Part shown: piece by piece, positions 30,198 through 40,820 of the stretch | Position numbering within the stretch: position 1 is the first letter of the stretch | Layout: every line of letters begins with the position of its first letter | Source: Longimicrobiales bacterium | GTDB lineage: Bacteria > Gemmatimonadota > Gemmatimonadetes > Longimicrobiales > Gaopeijiaceae | NCBI GenBank assembly: GCA_965116905.1 | Contig: OZ220732.1 | Location: 2,464,001-2,528,000, forward strand | Reading direction: 5' to 3' | Length of the DNA: 64,000 bases | Program-made: the position numbers and the translations under genes | Notes under the pieces: model-generated | The model's database searches: none | What the model saw: the letters and a program-made list of their open reading frames with translations, nothing else | Told to the model about the DNA's origin: nothing

Positions 30198-30706
30198 TGG
30201 CCCGGTTGAAGCGAGCGCGGGTGGTTTCGGGCGCCCTCCTGGTCCTGGTCGCGGCGGCCGGGTTCCTCGGGGGCCTGGCGTGGCAGGCGAGCCGCACGGA
30301 CTCGGCGCCCTCGGAGTCGCGGGAATCGAGGGACGATCGCGGCCGGGAAGACAGGCGCCTGGTCATCGACCAGGTCGGCCTCACATCCGAAAAACGTGCG
30401 GAGGTGGAAGAGATCATCCAGCACTTCACGGTCCGCATGCGGGCCCTGGACGAGGAGTTTCGGGCGGCGTACCAACCGCTTCGAGAGGCGTATGAACCGC
30501 AGCGCAGGAATCTCTTCCGCGACACCAGGGACTCGATCAGGGCCATTCTGCTGCCCGAGGAGCGGGCGCTGTACGACTCGCTCCTGGCAATCAGGTTCGG
30601 CGACCGTGACCGTGAGCGCGACCGTGACCGTGACCGCGACCGCGACCGCGATTCGTCCGACGAGGAGCGGCGGGGTGAACGGCCGGAGAGAAACGGAGAC
30701 TGTTGA
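30194..30706 (+). CDS. Membrane-anchored helical periplasmic protein (Spy/CpxP-like) with an RD-repeat tail
   Basis: N-terminal TM, 'VGLTSEKRAEVEEII', 'IRAILLPEERALYD', then a DRDRERDRDRDRDRD run. Confidence 0.6.
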   Translation: MMARLKRARVVSGALLVLVAAAGFLGGLAWQASRTDSAPSESRESRDDRGREDRRLVIDQVGLTSEKRAEVEEIIQHFTVRMRALDEEFRAAYQPLREAYEPQRRNLFRDTRDSIRAILLPEERALYDSLLAIRFGDRDRERDRDRDRDRDRDSSDEERRGERPERNGDC

Positions 30707-30710
30707 TATT

Positions 30711-32018
30711 GTGAGACATACGTTTGGAATATCGTTCGCCGGTCTGGCCATAGCGCTGACCGCGACCGCTTCGGACCGCGCTCTTGCCCAGGACGCCGGA
30801 CAGGAGATGACGCTGGACGAGGCGCTGGAAATGGCGCTGGTCCACAGTCCGCAACTGGCCCAGAGTCAGGCCAACCTGAGCAACGCGGGGAGTTCGCGCC
30901 GGCGTGCATGGGGGTCCTTCCTGCCCAACCTCAGCGTCGGCTCGGGCGCGTCCGTGCAGAGCCTCGACCGCTTCGATCCCAACACCCAGCGCGTCGTGAC
31001 CGGGAGCAACGACTCCTACAACGCTTCGCTGAACGCGAACTACCAGGTCTTCCAGGGTGGGCGCAAGTTCCATGAACTGGGGCGCACCGAGTCGAGCATC
31101 ATCGAGGCCGAAGCGCGTCTTCAGGACCAGCGTTTTGCGGTGGTGCTGCAGACGCGCACGCTGTTCATGAACGCGTTGCGTGAGTTCGAACTGGTCGCCG
31201 TTGCGGAGGCGAGCGTCGCGCGGGCCGAAGAGAGCCTTGCGATCAGCCGGGCGCGGATGCTGGCCGGGACGGCGACGCGGTCCGACACGCTGCGTACGAG
31301 GCTGGAACTCGCCAACGCGCTCCAGGCGGCGTTGCAGGCACGCAATCAGCTGCGGGTCGCTCGCTTCTCCCTGGGTCGCCAGGTGGGTGCCAGCGGTCCG
31401 GTGGTGCCGGTCCTTCCCGAGGATCTGGATCCGGCGCCGCTGCTGATCAGCGAACGGGAGATCATCGCGTTGGCCGAGTCCGTTTCGCCGGCCGTGCGCG
31501 CGGCCGAGGCGGCATCGGCGGTAGCACGATCCGCGGTCGGCAACGCCCGGAGCTCGTACCTGCCCTCGCTTTCGGTCTCGTCCGGGTACACGTGGGCCAA
31601 CCAGGATCCGACGTTCAACGGCGGCAACACGAGCTGGAACTTCCGCCTTTCGGGCAGCTACCAGCTCTTCGACGGCTTCCAGCGCGAGCAGAACGTCAGC
31701 CAGGCGTCCGAGAGCAGGCGGGTGGCGCGGCTTTCGGAGGACGATGCCCGCAGGAGCGTGCGCCAGAGCGTCGACGGCGCTTTGCGGACGCTGGAAACGC
31801 AGGAACAGGCCATCCTGATCGCGCAGGACGCGGTCGTCGTGGCCGAAGAGGACCTGAGGCTCATTCGTGCGCGCTACGGCGTACAGGAGGCCGCGATCCT
31901 CGATGTGATCACCAGCCAGGTGGCGCTGGATCAGGCCGAGGCCAATCTGGTGACCGCAAGGTATGACTACGCGCTTGCAAAAGCGGAACTCGAATCGATT
32001 GTGGGGAGGGATTTGTGA
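30711..32018 (+). CDS. TolC-family outer membrane efflux protein
   Basis: [15 protein letters not shown], two FLP/YLPxLS repeats, LDVITSQ...[13 protein letters not shown]. Confidence 0.9.
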   Translation: MRHTFGISFAGLAIALTATASDRALAQDAGQEMTLDEALEMALVHSPQLAQSQANLSNAGSSRRRAWGSFLPNLSVGSGASVQSLDRFDPNTQRVVTGSNDSYNASLNANYQVFQGGRKFHELGRTESSIIEAEARLQDQRFAVVLQTRTLFMNALREFELVAVAEASVARAEESLAISRARMLAGTATRSDTLRTRLELANALQAALQARNQLRVARFSLGRQVGASGPVVPVLPEDLDPAPLLISEREIIALAESVSPAVRAAEAASAVARSAVGNARSSYLPSLSVSSGYTWANQDPTFNGGNTSWNFRLSGSYQLFDGFQREQNVSQASESRRVARLSEDDARRSVRQSVDGALRTLETQEQAILIAQDAVVVAEEDLRLIRARYGVQEAAILDVITSQVALDQAEANLVTARYDYALAKAELESIVGRDL

Positions 32019-32761
32019 TGGTGAACGGGCATGGGAGAAGTGGTGGGAACGGTGGCGGGGCGAACGGAGTGATCATCCGCACGGAGGGGCTGCGCAAGTA
32101 CTACGTGCTTGGAGCGGAGACCGTACGGGCGGTGCGGGGGGTGGATCTAAGGGTCAGCCGGGGCGAATTCGTGGCGATCATGGGGCCCTCGGGAAGCGGC
32201 AAGTCCACGTTCATGAACCTGATCGGCTGCCTGGACACGCCGACCGACGGCCGCTACTGGCTGAATGGGCGAGAGGTGTCGGAGCTGTCGGACGACCAGC
32301 TGGCGCGCGTCCGGAATCGCGACATCGGCTTCGTCTTTCAGACCTTCAACCTTCTGCCGCGGGCCTCGTCGCTGCACAACGTGGAACTGCCGCTCATCTA
32401 CGCGGGGGTGCCCGCCAAGGTGCGCCGCAGGCTCGCCGAGGAGAAGCTCGAGCGCGTCGGCCTGGGCGACCGGATGCACCACAAGCCGCCCGAGCTTTCC
32501 GGTGGGCAGCGCCAGCGCGTGGCCATCGCCCGGGCGCTCGTGAACGACCCCGCGCTGCTGCTGGCCGACGAGCCGACCGGGAACCTGGACTCCGCGACAT
32601 CCCGCGAGATCGTCGAGATCCTCGTGGAGTTGAACTTGACGGGCCAGACGATTCTGCTGGTGACGCACGAACCCGACATTGCCGAGGCGGCGTCACGCCA
32701 GATTCACCTGACCGATGGGCTGGTGGATCGCGATTTTTTCAACGAAGGGATGATGAATTGA
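32018..32761 (+). CDS. ABC transporter ATP-binding protein (MacB/LolD-like)
   Basis: [35 protein letters not shown]. Confidence 0.95.
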   Translation: MVNGHGRSGGNGGGANGVIIRTEGLRKYYVLGAETVRAVRGVDLRVSRGEFVAIMGPSGSGKSTFMNLIGCLDTPTDGRYWLNGREVSELSDDQLARVRNRDIGFVFQTFNLLPRASSLHNVELPLIYAGVPAKVRRRLAEEKLERVGLGDRMHHKPPELSGGQRQRVAIARALVNDPALLLADEPTGNLDSATSREIVEILVELNLTGQTILLVTHEPDIAEAASRQIHLTDGLVDRDFFNEGMMN

Positions 32762-34386
32762 TGCGACTGCAAGGATCAGGCGTGATGGGCGCCACCCTGC
32801 TGACCGGGTTGGCCGTTGCCGCGTGCGAAGCCGAACCCGAGGCCGAGGCCGTCAGCGTACAGACCGTCGCCGCCGAGGTGCGCGACCTGCGGATCACCGC
32901 CGAAGCGACCGGCGAACTGGAGCCGGTGCTGAAGGTCGAAGTGAAGTCCAAGGCGTCCGGAGAGATTCTCCAGCTTCACGTCGACTCGGGCGACGAGGTA
33001 GAGCCGGGAACCCTCCTGGCCGAGGTCGACCCGCGCGACGTCAACAATGCGTACGAGCAGGCCGAAGCGGACCTGGCGGTGGCGCGCGAGCGCATGAACA
33101 TCGCCGAGGCCCAGCGCGACCGCAGCAGGAATCTCCTGGACGTGGAGGTCATCACCGCGCAGGAATACGAGAGCAAGCAGCTGGAATACGCCAACGCCCA
33201 GTCGGCGCTGGTGCGGGCAAGCACGAATCTGGAGCTGGCCACGCTGCGCCGGACCGACGTGACCATTCGGGCGCCGATGGCGGGAACGATCCTTGAGAAG
33301 CTGGTCGAAGCCGGCCAGGTGATCCAGTCGGCGACCCAGAACGTGTCGGGCGGGACCACGCTCTTCATGATGGCCAACCTGGACGACATGAGGGTCCGCA
33401 CCCTGGTCGACGAGACCGACATGGGACAGCTCACCTCGGGGATGATCGCCACGGTGCAGGTCGAGGCCTTTCCGGACCGGACCTTTCGGGGTGAAATCGA
33501 GAAGATCGAGCCCCAGGCCGTGGTCAATCAGAACGTGACCATGTTTCCCGTCATCGTGTTGCTCGACAATCGCGCAGGCCTCCTCAAGCCGGGCATGAAT
33601 GCCGAGGTGGAGATCCTGGTCGATGAGCGCCTGCAGACCCTCACGGTGCCGAACAGCGCCGTGGTGCAGCCCTACGAGGTCGCGCCCGCGGCCGAGGTGC
33701 TGGGCCTCGATCCGCAGGCCGCCACCATCGACAACACCGTCTGGGGCGAGCTGATGGCTCAGGCTGCGGCGCGGGCCGGTGTCGAGGTGAACACGGCAGC
33801 GCGTGGCGGCTTCGGGCGCCCCGGCGCCGGTGGTGGTCCGGGGGCGGCCGAAATGGCGGGCATTCGCCAGAGAATCCAGTCAGGCGAGATCACGGCGGAT
33901 TCGGCACGCGCGCTTATGACCGCCATGCGCGAGGGTTCGGGAGGCCGCACGGAGGGGCAGGGGGAAGCCGCCGAGGCCGACGGGGCGGAGACGGCGCAGG
34001 CCGGCGAGGCCGGCGAGGCCGCGGGACCCGGCGAGGCCGGCGAGGCCGCGGGACCCGGCAGACCACGCGGTCCGGGTGGGGGCGCCATGGCGGGCAACCG
34101 GGGATTCGCCAGGGGAATGACGGGCGCCATGGGTGCCATGCGCGGCATGGGCGGCAGCATGGGAGATCCCTCCTTCAGTCCAGCCGTCGTGTTCGTGGTG
34201 GACGCACTCGGCAACATCACGCCGCGGCCCGTGGTGATGGGAATCGGTGACTACGACTACGCGGAGATCCTGGCCGGACTGGAGGAAGGCGAGGAAACCG
34301 CGATGATCGGCGCCGCCCAGCTCCAGGCGCAACAGCAGGAGCGCATGGAGCGGATGCGCGGCCGCATGCGCCCCTTCGGCGGATAA
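32761..34386 (+). CDS. Efflux periplasmic adaptor subunit (MacA-like lipoprotein)
   Basis: Lipobox VAAC, VEVKSKASGEI, IRAPMAGTI, VDETDMG, LKPGMNA; long Gly/Met-rich insertion. Confidence 0.9.
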   Translation: MRLQGSGVMGATLLTGLAVAACEAEPEAEAVSVQTVAAEVRDLRITAEATGELEPVLKVEVKSKASGEILQLHVDSGDEVEPGTLLAEVDPRDVNNAYEQAEADLAVARERMNIAEAQRDRSRNLLDVEVITAQEYESKQLEYANAQSALVRASTNLELATLRRTDVTIRAPMAGTILEKLVEAGQVIQSATQNVSGGTTLFMMANLDDMRVRTLVDETDMGQLTSGMIATVQVEAFPDRTFRGEIEKIEPQAVVNQNVTMFPVIVLLDNRAGLLKPGMNAEVEILVDERLQTLTVPNSAVVQPYEVAPAAEVLGLDPQAATIDNTVWGELMAQAAARAGVEVNTAARGGFGRPGAGGGPGAAEMAGIRQRIQSGEITADSARALMTAMREGSGGRTEGQGEAAEADGAETAQAGEAGEAAGPGEAGEAAGPGRPRGPGGGAMAGNRGFARGMTGAMGAMRGMGGSMGDPSFSPAVVFVVDALGNITPRPVVMGIGDYDYAEILAGLEEGEETAMIGAAQLQAQQQERMERMRGRMRPFGG

Positions 34387-34396
34387 GGAGCCACCG

Positions 34397-35611
<1,215 letters not shown>

Positions 35612-35616
35612 CCGGG

Positions 35617-35637
35617 GTGATAGCAGTCTGCTATCAC
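35617..35637. promoter_or_regulatory. Perfect 21-bp palindrome (terminator or RHH-type operator)
   Basis: GTGATAGCAG-T-CTGCTATCAC followed by TTT, between convergent genes. Confidence 0.6.
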
Positions 35638-35638
35638 T

Positions 35639-35702
35639 TTGCTAGCGCGGGCGGTTGCTGGTGCGGCTGGTTGCTGGTGCGGGTGGTTGCTAGCGCGGGT
35701 AG
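35639..35702. repeat. 16-bp tandem repeat x4
   Basis: ttgctagcgcgggcgg / ttgctggtgcggctgg / ttgctggtgcgggtgg / ttgctagcgcgggtag; the last unit overlaps the PDZ gene stop. Confidence 0.8.
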
Positions 35703-36676
35703 GCGATACTCAGGCGGTCTCCCTCACGCACGATCGTAAGCTGCACCGGATAGGCAGCTTGCGTGAGCAGGGCGCGCAGCTCCATCACCGTGCCCGCCGT
35801 GTCGCCGCCCACGGTAACAATGACGTCTCCCGCCCGAATTCCGGCCCCTGCCGCAGGACTGTAGCCGATGACTTCGGTGACGAGGACGCCCGAGCCGACT
35901 CCGAAATACTGTTCCAGCTCGCTGGTCAGGTCGCGGACGAACGCGCCGCCGAGGACCACCGGGGTGCTGAGGATGAACGGGGCAAGCAGGTTGGGCCGGC
36001 CGGACTCGACAAAACCGATACGGATGGGCCCGGGCCCCCCGCCGCCTCCGCCGTCCTCGGGCGCCGCGGGATCCCGGAGACGCTGTTCAGCTTCGCCTAC
36101 CTCCACTCTCACCCGGGCCTCGGCGATCATCGCGCGCGTTGACTCCCATAGCCGCCGCTCGGCGGAGAGCATGCCCTCGGCGACGTCACCCCAGTCCACC
36201 ACCACCTGGAACAGCGAATCGATGTGCCGGCTCATGCGAGCCTGGGTGTCGAAGAAGCGCTCCATGACGACGACCGGCTGCAGCGTCGCGGGACGAGTCC
36301 CGGCGACAACCGGCAGGTCGTGTTCATCGGCGCCGCGCTGCACCGTAAGATGCAGGGTCTGGCCGGCCCCGACCGTGCCCACCGCGGCGAGCCACGCCTC
36401 CCAGCTCGGGAGACGGCTGCCGTTTACGGCCACGACCCGGTCTCCGGACATGACGCCGCCCAGGTCGGCCGGACCGGACTGGTACACGTCCGCGATCACG
36501 AAGTCGAAAACGGTGCTGTCCGCGCTCGGGATCACGGTCATGTCGACGTCCAGGCGAATGCCCAGCCAGCCGCCCCCTTCGCTCCCTGCCGACACCCGGC
36601 TCGGGTCCTGCGGTGCCGCGGCCGCGGGCAGTCCGGCCCACAGCGTGCCGAGAACGAGGAGGGAGCGGAATCTCAT
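35690..36676 (-). CDS. Secreted tandem-PDZ protein without a protease domain
   Basis: Signal peptide; PDZ1 GWLGI...GPADLGGVMSGDRVVAVNG; PDZ2 GVLVTEV..SPAAGAGIRAGDVIVTVGG. Confidence 0.8.
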   Translation of the reverse strand: MRFRSLLVLGTLWAGLPAAAAPQDPSRVSAGSEGGGWLGIRLDVDMTVIPSADSTVFDFVIADVYQSGPADLGGVMSGDRVVAVNGSRLPSWEAWLAAVGTVGAGQTLHLTVQRGADEHDLPVVAGTRPATLQPVVVMERFFDTQARMSRHIDSLFQVVVDWGDVAEGMLSAERRLWESTRAMIAEARVRVEVGEAEQRLRDPAAPEDGGGGGGPGPIRIGFVESGRPNLLAPFILSTPVVLGGAFVRDLTSELEQYFGVGSGVLVTEVIGYSPAAGAGIRAGDVIVTVGGDTAGTVMELRALLTQAAYPVQLTIVREGDRLSIAYPR

Positions 36677-36681
36677 CGTAC

Positions 36682-37344
36682 TCAATGCCAGTTCGCCTGG
36701 CTTATCTGCCGAAGGGTCTGCTGCCTCTCTGCGAGCGTGCTCACCACCAGCCCGTTGAAGAACTGGTCCGCCGGCGATTCCTCCACCGCGGCCCGGCTCG
36801 CGGCGAGCAGGGCGTCGATGGCGGCGAGCCTCACGGCCGGATCTCCCGGCAATTCGCGTTCGCTCTGGGCGCCCAGCAGGCGGCGGAACTCGGCAAACGC
36901 GACCGACCAATCCTGCTCGGCCTCCTGCACCGCCAGCATGGCCTCTTCCAGCGACGCGAAGGACACCGTTCCCGTCTCCACCGCCTCCGAACCGGCGGCG
37001 AGTCCGTCCGAGGGCCCGGCGGGAGCACCGCCCGCGGCCCAGCCGAACGCGGTTCCCCCGGTGAACAGCACGAGTCCGGCGGCAATCCGCGTCCACTTGC
37101 GCCAGAACGCGGGATCCCTGCGCCTGCCGCGGATAAGACCCTCCGCAACCAGCCTGTCCTCCAAATCCGGCCAGCCGTCGGGAGGCGGCAGCACGGCGGG
37201 CAGGTCCCTCAACGCTCCCTTCTGGGCCCGCAGCGCCTCCAGCTCGCGCTGCAGGTCGGGATCCGCGTCGAGGATTGCCTTTTCTTCCGGTGTCGGCCGT
37301 TCGTCGACCAGCCGAGCCAACTGTTCGAGACTCAAACGCTCCAT
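36682..37344 (-). CDS. Putative anti-sigma membrane protein
   Basis: Overlaps the ECF stop; N-terminal helical domain, TM (IAAGLVLFTGGTAFGW), helical C-terminus. Confidence 0.6.
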   Translation of the reverse strand: MERLSLEQLARLVDERPTPEEKAILDADPDLQRELEALRAQKGALRDLPAVLPPPDGWPDLEDRLVAEGLIRGRRRDPAFWRKWTRIAAGLVLFTGGTAFGWAAGGAPAGPSDGLAAGSEAVETGTVSFASLEEAMLAVQEAEQDWSVAFAEFRRLLGAQSERELPGDPAVRLAAIDALLAASRAAVEESPADQFFNGLVVSTLAERQQTLRQISQANWH

Positions 37345-37937
37345 GCTTCCACTTCCTTGGGCTGTGTTTCGAAACCTCTCAGCATGCGCCTCATCTTTGC
37401 CCGCGCCTTGAACAACTGCGACTTCGACGTGCCCGAGGTCACCCCCAGGGCGGTGCCGATTTCCTCGTGTGTATAGCCTTCCACGTCGTGCAGGATCAAC
37501 ACCTTCCTCATTCCCTCCGGAAGCTCGTCCAAAGCCTGTTCCAGCTTCCGCGCCAGCAGGGCGTCGCCGACCTGCGGAGCTACGGCCACGACCTCGGGCA
37601 GCGGCACTTCACGCATCCTCCGCGTCTTCGCCTTCCTGACCGCCTGCAGTGCGGTGTTTACCGCGATCCGGTGCAGCCAGGTCGAAAAGCGGGCTTCACC
37701 CCGGAAGGACGGCAGGGCGCGCAGGGCCCGTATCCACGTCTCCTGGGCATAGTCGTGCGCCAGGTCGTCGTCACCCGCGATGCGACGCACGACGGCGTAC
37801 ACCCGCGGGGAATACCGGTCATAGAGCGCCCGGACGGCCTGTCCGTCTCCATCACACGCTCGGCGTATCAGCTGGGCTTCGATGTGTCGGATCCAGTTGT
37901 GGGCCGGGTTTGCTGTCTTTCGAGGATTGAGATGCAA
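37332..37937 (-). CDS. ECF sigma-70 factor
   Basis: YAQETWIRA, FRGEARFSTWLHRIAVN, LHDVEGYTHEEIG, GTSKSQLFKAR. The start (TTG) is uncertain. Confidence 0.92.
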   Translation of the reverse strand: MHLNPRKTANPAHNWIRHIEAQLIRRACDGDGQAVRALYDRYSPRVYAVVRRIAGDDDLAHDYAQETWIRALRALPSFRGEARFSTWLHRIAVNTALQAVRKAKTRRMREVPLPEVVAVAPQVGDALLARKLEQALDELPEGMRKVLILHDVEGYTHEEIGTALGVTSGTSKSQLFKARAKMRRMLRGFETQPKEVEAWSV

Positions 37938-38062
37938 TCACTCCGGCCAGGGGTTGCACCCCTCGAAAGGTTCCACATGTGTGCCCTGCATGCCAGCTTT
38001 ACCCCTGTCCCGCCGCGGCACGTCTCCGCGGACCCCGATTCCTCGACCTCTCCGACGATCCC

Positions 38063-39253
38063 ATGACCGAGTCCAGTCCTGCGCTTCCCGGAGCCAGCCA
38101 TCTCGAGTGCACCGCCACCGGCGCCATCTTCGACTCCGAGACTCTTCGTGGCCTTTCGCCCGCCGGCAAGCCCCTCTTCGCCCGCTACGATCTCGATGCG
38201 ATCCGCACCCGCTTCACCCCCGAGGCGGTCGCGCGCAGAGCCCCGACGCTCTGGCGGTATGAAGAGGTCCTGCCGGTGCGGGACCGTGCCTGCCAGATCA
38301 GCCTCGGCGAGGGCTTCACGCCGCTGCTGGAGTCGCCGCGCCTGGCGGACCGCGTGGGCGTGCGCCGCCTGTGGGTCAAGGACGAGGGACAGAACCCGAC
38401 CGGCTCGTTCAAGGATCGGGGCCTGTGCATGGCGGTCTCGCGCGCACTCGAGCTGGGCGCGCGGGAGCTAGCGATTCCGTCGGCGGGCAACGCGGCGGGG
38501 TCGGCGGCGGCGTATGGCGCGGCCGCGGGCTTGCCGGTTCACGTGGTCGTGCCCCTGGACACGCCGGTCGCGATCCTGGCCGAGATCCGCGCGCTCGGTG
38601 CCGAGCTGGACCTCCTGGACGGCCTGATCAGCGACTGCGGCAGGGTCGTGCGCGAGCGGTGCGACGAGGACGGGTGGTGGGACCTGTCCACCCTGAAGGA
38701 GCCGTACCGCGTAGAGGGAAAGAAGACAATGGGCTACGAGCTCTTCGAGCAGCTGGGCGGACGGCTGCCCGACGCGATCGTCTATCCGACGGGCGGCGGC
38801 ACCGGCCTGATCGGCATGTGGAAGGCCTTCGCCGAGATGGAGGCGCTTGGCTGGATCGGGGCCGAGAGGCCGCGGATGTTCACCGTGCAGGCGACCGGCT
38901 GCGCTCCGATGGTGCGGGCGTGGGAACAGGGCCTGGAGGACGCGGGGCTGTGGGAGGACGCGGCCACGTTCGCGGCGGGCCTGAGGGTTCCGGGGGCCGT
39001 GGGCGACTTCCTCATCCTGCGTGCGCTGCGGGAATCGGGGGGCGGGGCGGTCGCGGTCACCGACCACGCAATGGCTCAATGGGTCGAGACCATGGGCGCC
39101 GCAACGGGGATCTTCGGGGCGCCGGAGGGCGGGGCGACCGCGGCGGCGGTGCCCCGACTGCTGGAGATGGGACTGATCCGCGACAGCGACGAAGTCGTGC
39201 TCTTCAACACGGGCAGCGGGCTGAAGTACGTCGGGATGGAGCCGGTGGACTGA
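38063..39253 (+). CDS. thrC: Threonine synthase (PLP-dependent)
   Basis: SLGEGFTPL, KDEGQNPTGSFKDRG, SAGNA, EGKKTMGYE, YPTGGG, NTGSGLKY. Confidence 0.88.
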   Translation: MTESSPALPGASHLECTATGAIFDSETLRGLSPAGKPLFARYDLDAIRTRFTPEAVARRAPTLWRYEEVLPVRDRACQISLGEGFTPLLESPRLADRVGVRRLWVKDEGQNPTGSFKDRGLCMAVSRALELGARELAIPSAGNAAGSAAAYGAAAGLPVHVVVPLDTPVAILAEIRALGAELDLLDGLISDCGRVVRERCDEDGWWDLSTLKEPYRVEGKKTMGYELFEQLGGRLPDAIVYPTGGGTGLIGMWKAFAEMEALGWIGAERPRMFTVQATGCAPMVRAWEQGLEDAGLWEDAATFAAGLRVPGAVGDFLILRALRESGGGAVAVTDHAMAQWVETMGAATGIFGAPEGGATAAAVPRLLEMGLIRDSDEVVLFNTGSGLKYVGMEPVD

Positions 39254-39264
39254 CCGGGCTCCGG

Positions 39265-39807
39265 TCAGTTCGACTGCCGCCTGCGGTAGCTGAATTCCGG
39301 CAGCGGGACCAGACCCGTGCGAAGCGGGGGGACCAGTTCCGCGGTCGGGCGTTTGACGGCCAGCGCGCGGTTGAGGTGAAGCGTGAAGGCGGCGTTGTGC
39401 CGGGATCCGAAGTCCCAGCCCACCCCCACGGGAAGCCGCGCGACCAGTCCGGCTCCGGTGCCGCCCTCCTCCCGCGCGACAATTCCCCACAGGCCGAAGC
39501 CCACGAACGGCTCCACCGAACGGGACCCCAGGTACTGCTTGGCCGTCACCGACACGCTGAGGTCCCGGAGCCGCCAGGTGCCCACCTGGACCTCCACACC
39601 CTGGTGATCCCAGCGGTATTCGCCGACGAGCGCGGCCATGCTGGCGCCGAACACGGACACGCCGAATCGGTACTGGGCGGAAAGCGGGGCGGCGCCGGCG
39701 ACGGCCAGGAGGCAGGACAGCGACAGCGCGGGGAGGATTCGCCGCCGCGCACCCTCGGCACCGGGTCGGACCGGCCGGTTGCGAGGGCGGGGGGGCGATG
39801 GGATCAT
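39265..39807 (-). CDS. Hypothetical secreted beta-barrel-like protein
   Basis: Signal peptide (…APLSA-Q) followed by alternating amphipathic beta strands. Confidence 0.55.
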   Translation of the reverse strand: MIPSPPRPRNRPVRPGAEGARRRILPALSLSCLLAVAGAAPLSAQYRFGVSVFGASMAALVGEYRWDHQGVEVQVGTWRLRDLSVSVTAKQYLGSRSVEPFVGFGLWGIVAREEGGTGAGLVARLPVGVGWDFGSRHNAAFTLHLNRALAVKRPTAELVPPLRTGLVPLPEFSYRRRQSN

Positions 39808-39857
39808 GATGGGCGAGTATAACGTGGCCGATTCCGGGCTTCCAGGTTGATGCATCG

Positions 39858-40820
39858 ATGACGTCTCGCACGCGTGGGTCATTGCCCCGCCAGGGGTGGC
39901 AGACCCTGTCGGCACCGCTGGTGGGCCTGTTGGCGTTGCTGTTGGGCCTGTCGGCGGCGTGTGCCGGTGCGGACGATGGCGCCGTGCCGGCACCTCCGCT
40001 CCCGGAGACTGCGCTGACCCGCTATGCGCCCGACTCGTTGCGCGTCGTCCCTCTGAGCCAGGGCGTCCACTATCGCTACCTCTGGTCGCCGGCCGGGCCG
40101 TGGGCGATCCACCTGGTCTCGGCCGACCTCGACCGCTGTCAGCTGGACCTGAGGGTGGTTCCGGCGCTGGCCGCGGACGGAGCCACCCGGACTCGGAAGG
40201 CCGTCTCGGATATGCGGCCATCGGCCGATGCGGATGTACAGGTGCTCGCCGGGGTCAACGGGGACTTCTTCGCCGCGGACGGGACTCCGGTGGGACCTGA
40301 GGTCACCCGCTCGACCCGGCGTGTCTCGGAACGGCCTGCGCTTGCGTGGGGACGGGACCGGGTGCTTCGGATCGGGCCGGGCGACACGGAGGTGGACACT
40401 GCCGGCGTGACCGCACAGGTCATCGGGGGCTTTCCCGAGCTCCTGGACGGTGGAACCCCGGTGGGGGATCTGGGGATTGCCGAACGTCCCTCTTTCGCCG
40501 CCGCGCGGCACCCGCGCACCGCGGCCGGCCTGGACGTTCAGAGCGGGGTGCTGTGGATCGTCGTCGTCGACGGGCGGCAGATGCCGTATTCCGACGGGAT
40601 GTCCCTTCCGGAACTGACCGAGCTCTTCCTGTCCCTCGGAGTGGATGAAGCGCTGAACCTCGACGGTGGCGGCTCGTCCGCGATGTCCGCGGGCGGACGC
40701 ATCGTCAACCGGCCATCGGATACGGACGGAGAGCGCGCGGTAGCGAACAGCCTGTGGCTCGTGCTCGACGAGGCCGGGTGTCAGCGGCCCTTGTCCCAGG
40801 CAAGCGAAAGCCCCAGGTAG
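39858..40820 (+). CDS. Phosphodiester glycosidase (NAGPA) family lipoprotein
   Basis: GVNGDFF, RHPRTAAG, VVVDGRQ, ALNLDGGGSS, ERAVANS. Confidence 0.88.
   Translation: MTSRTRGSLPRQGWQTLSAPLVGLLALLLGLSAACAGADDGAVPAPPLPETALTRYAPDSLRVVPLSQGVHYRYLWSPAGPWAIHLVSADLDRCQLDLRVVPALAADGATRTRKAVSDMRPSADADVQVLAGVNGDFFAADGTPVGPEVTRSTRRVSERPALAWGRDRVLRIGPGDTEVDTAGVTAQVIGGFPELLDGGTPVGDLGIAERPSFAAARHPRTAAGLDVQSGVLWIVVVDGRQMPYSDGMSLPELTELFLSLGVDEALNLDGGGSSAMSAGGRIVNRPSDTDGERAVANSLWLVLDEAGCQRPLSQASESPR

Noticed and set aside
35639..35702. Possible CRISPR mini-array
   Set aside because: The 16-bp units are contiguous with no spacers, and there are no cas genes.
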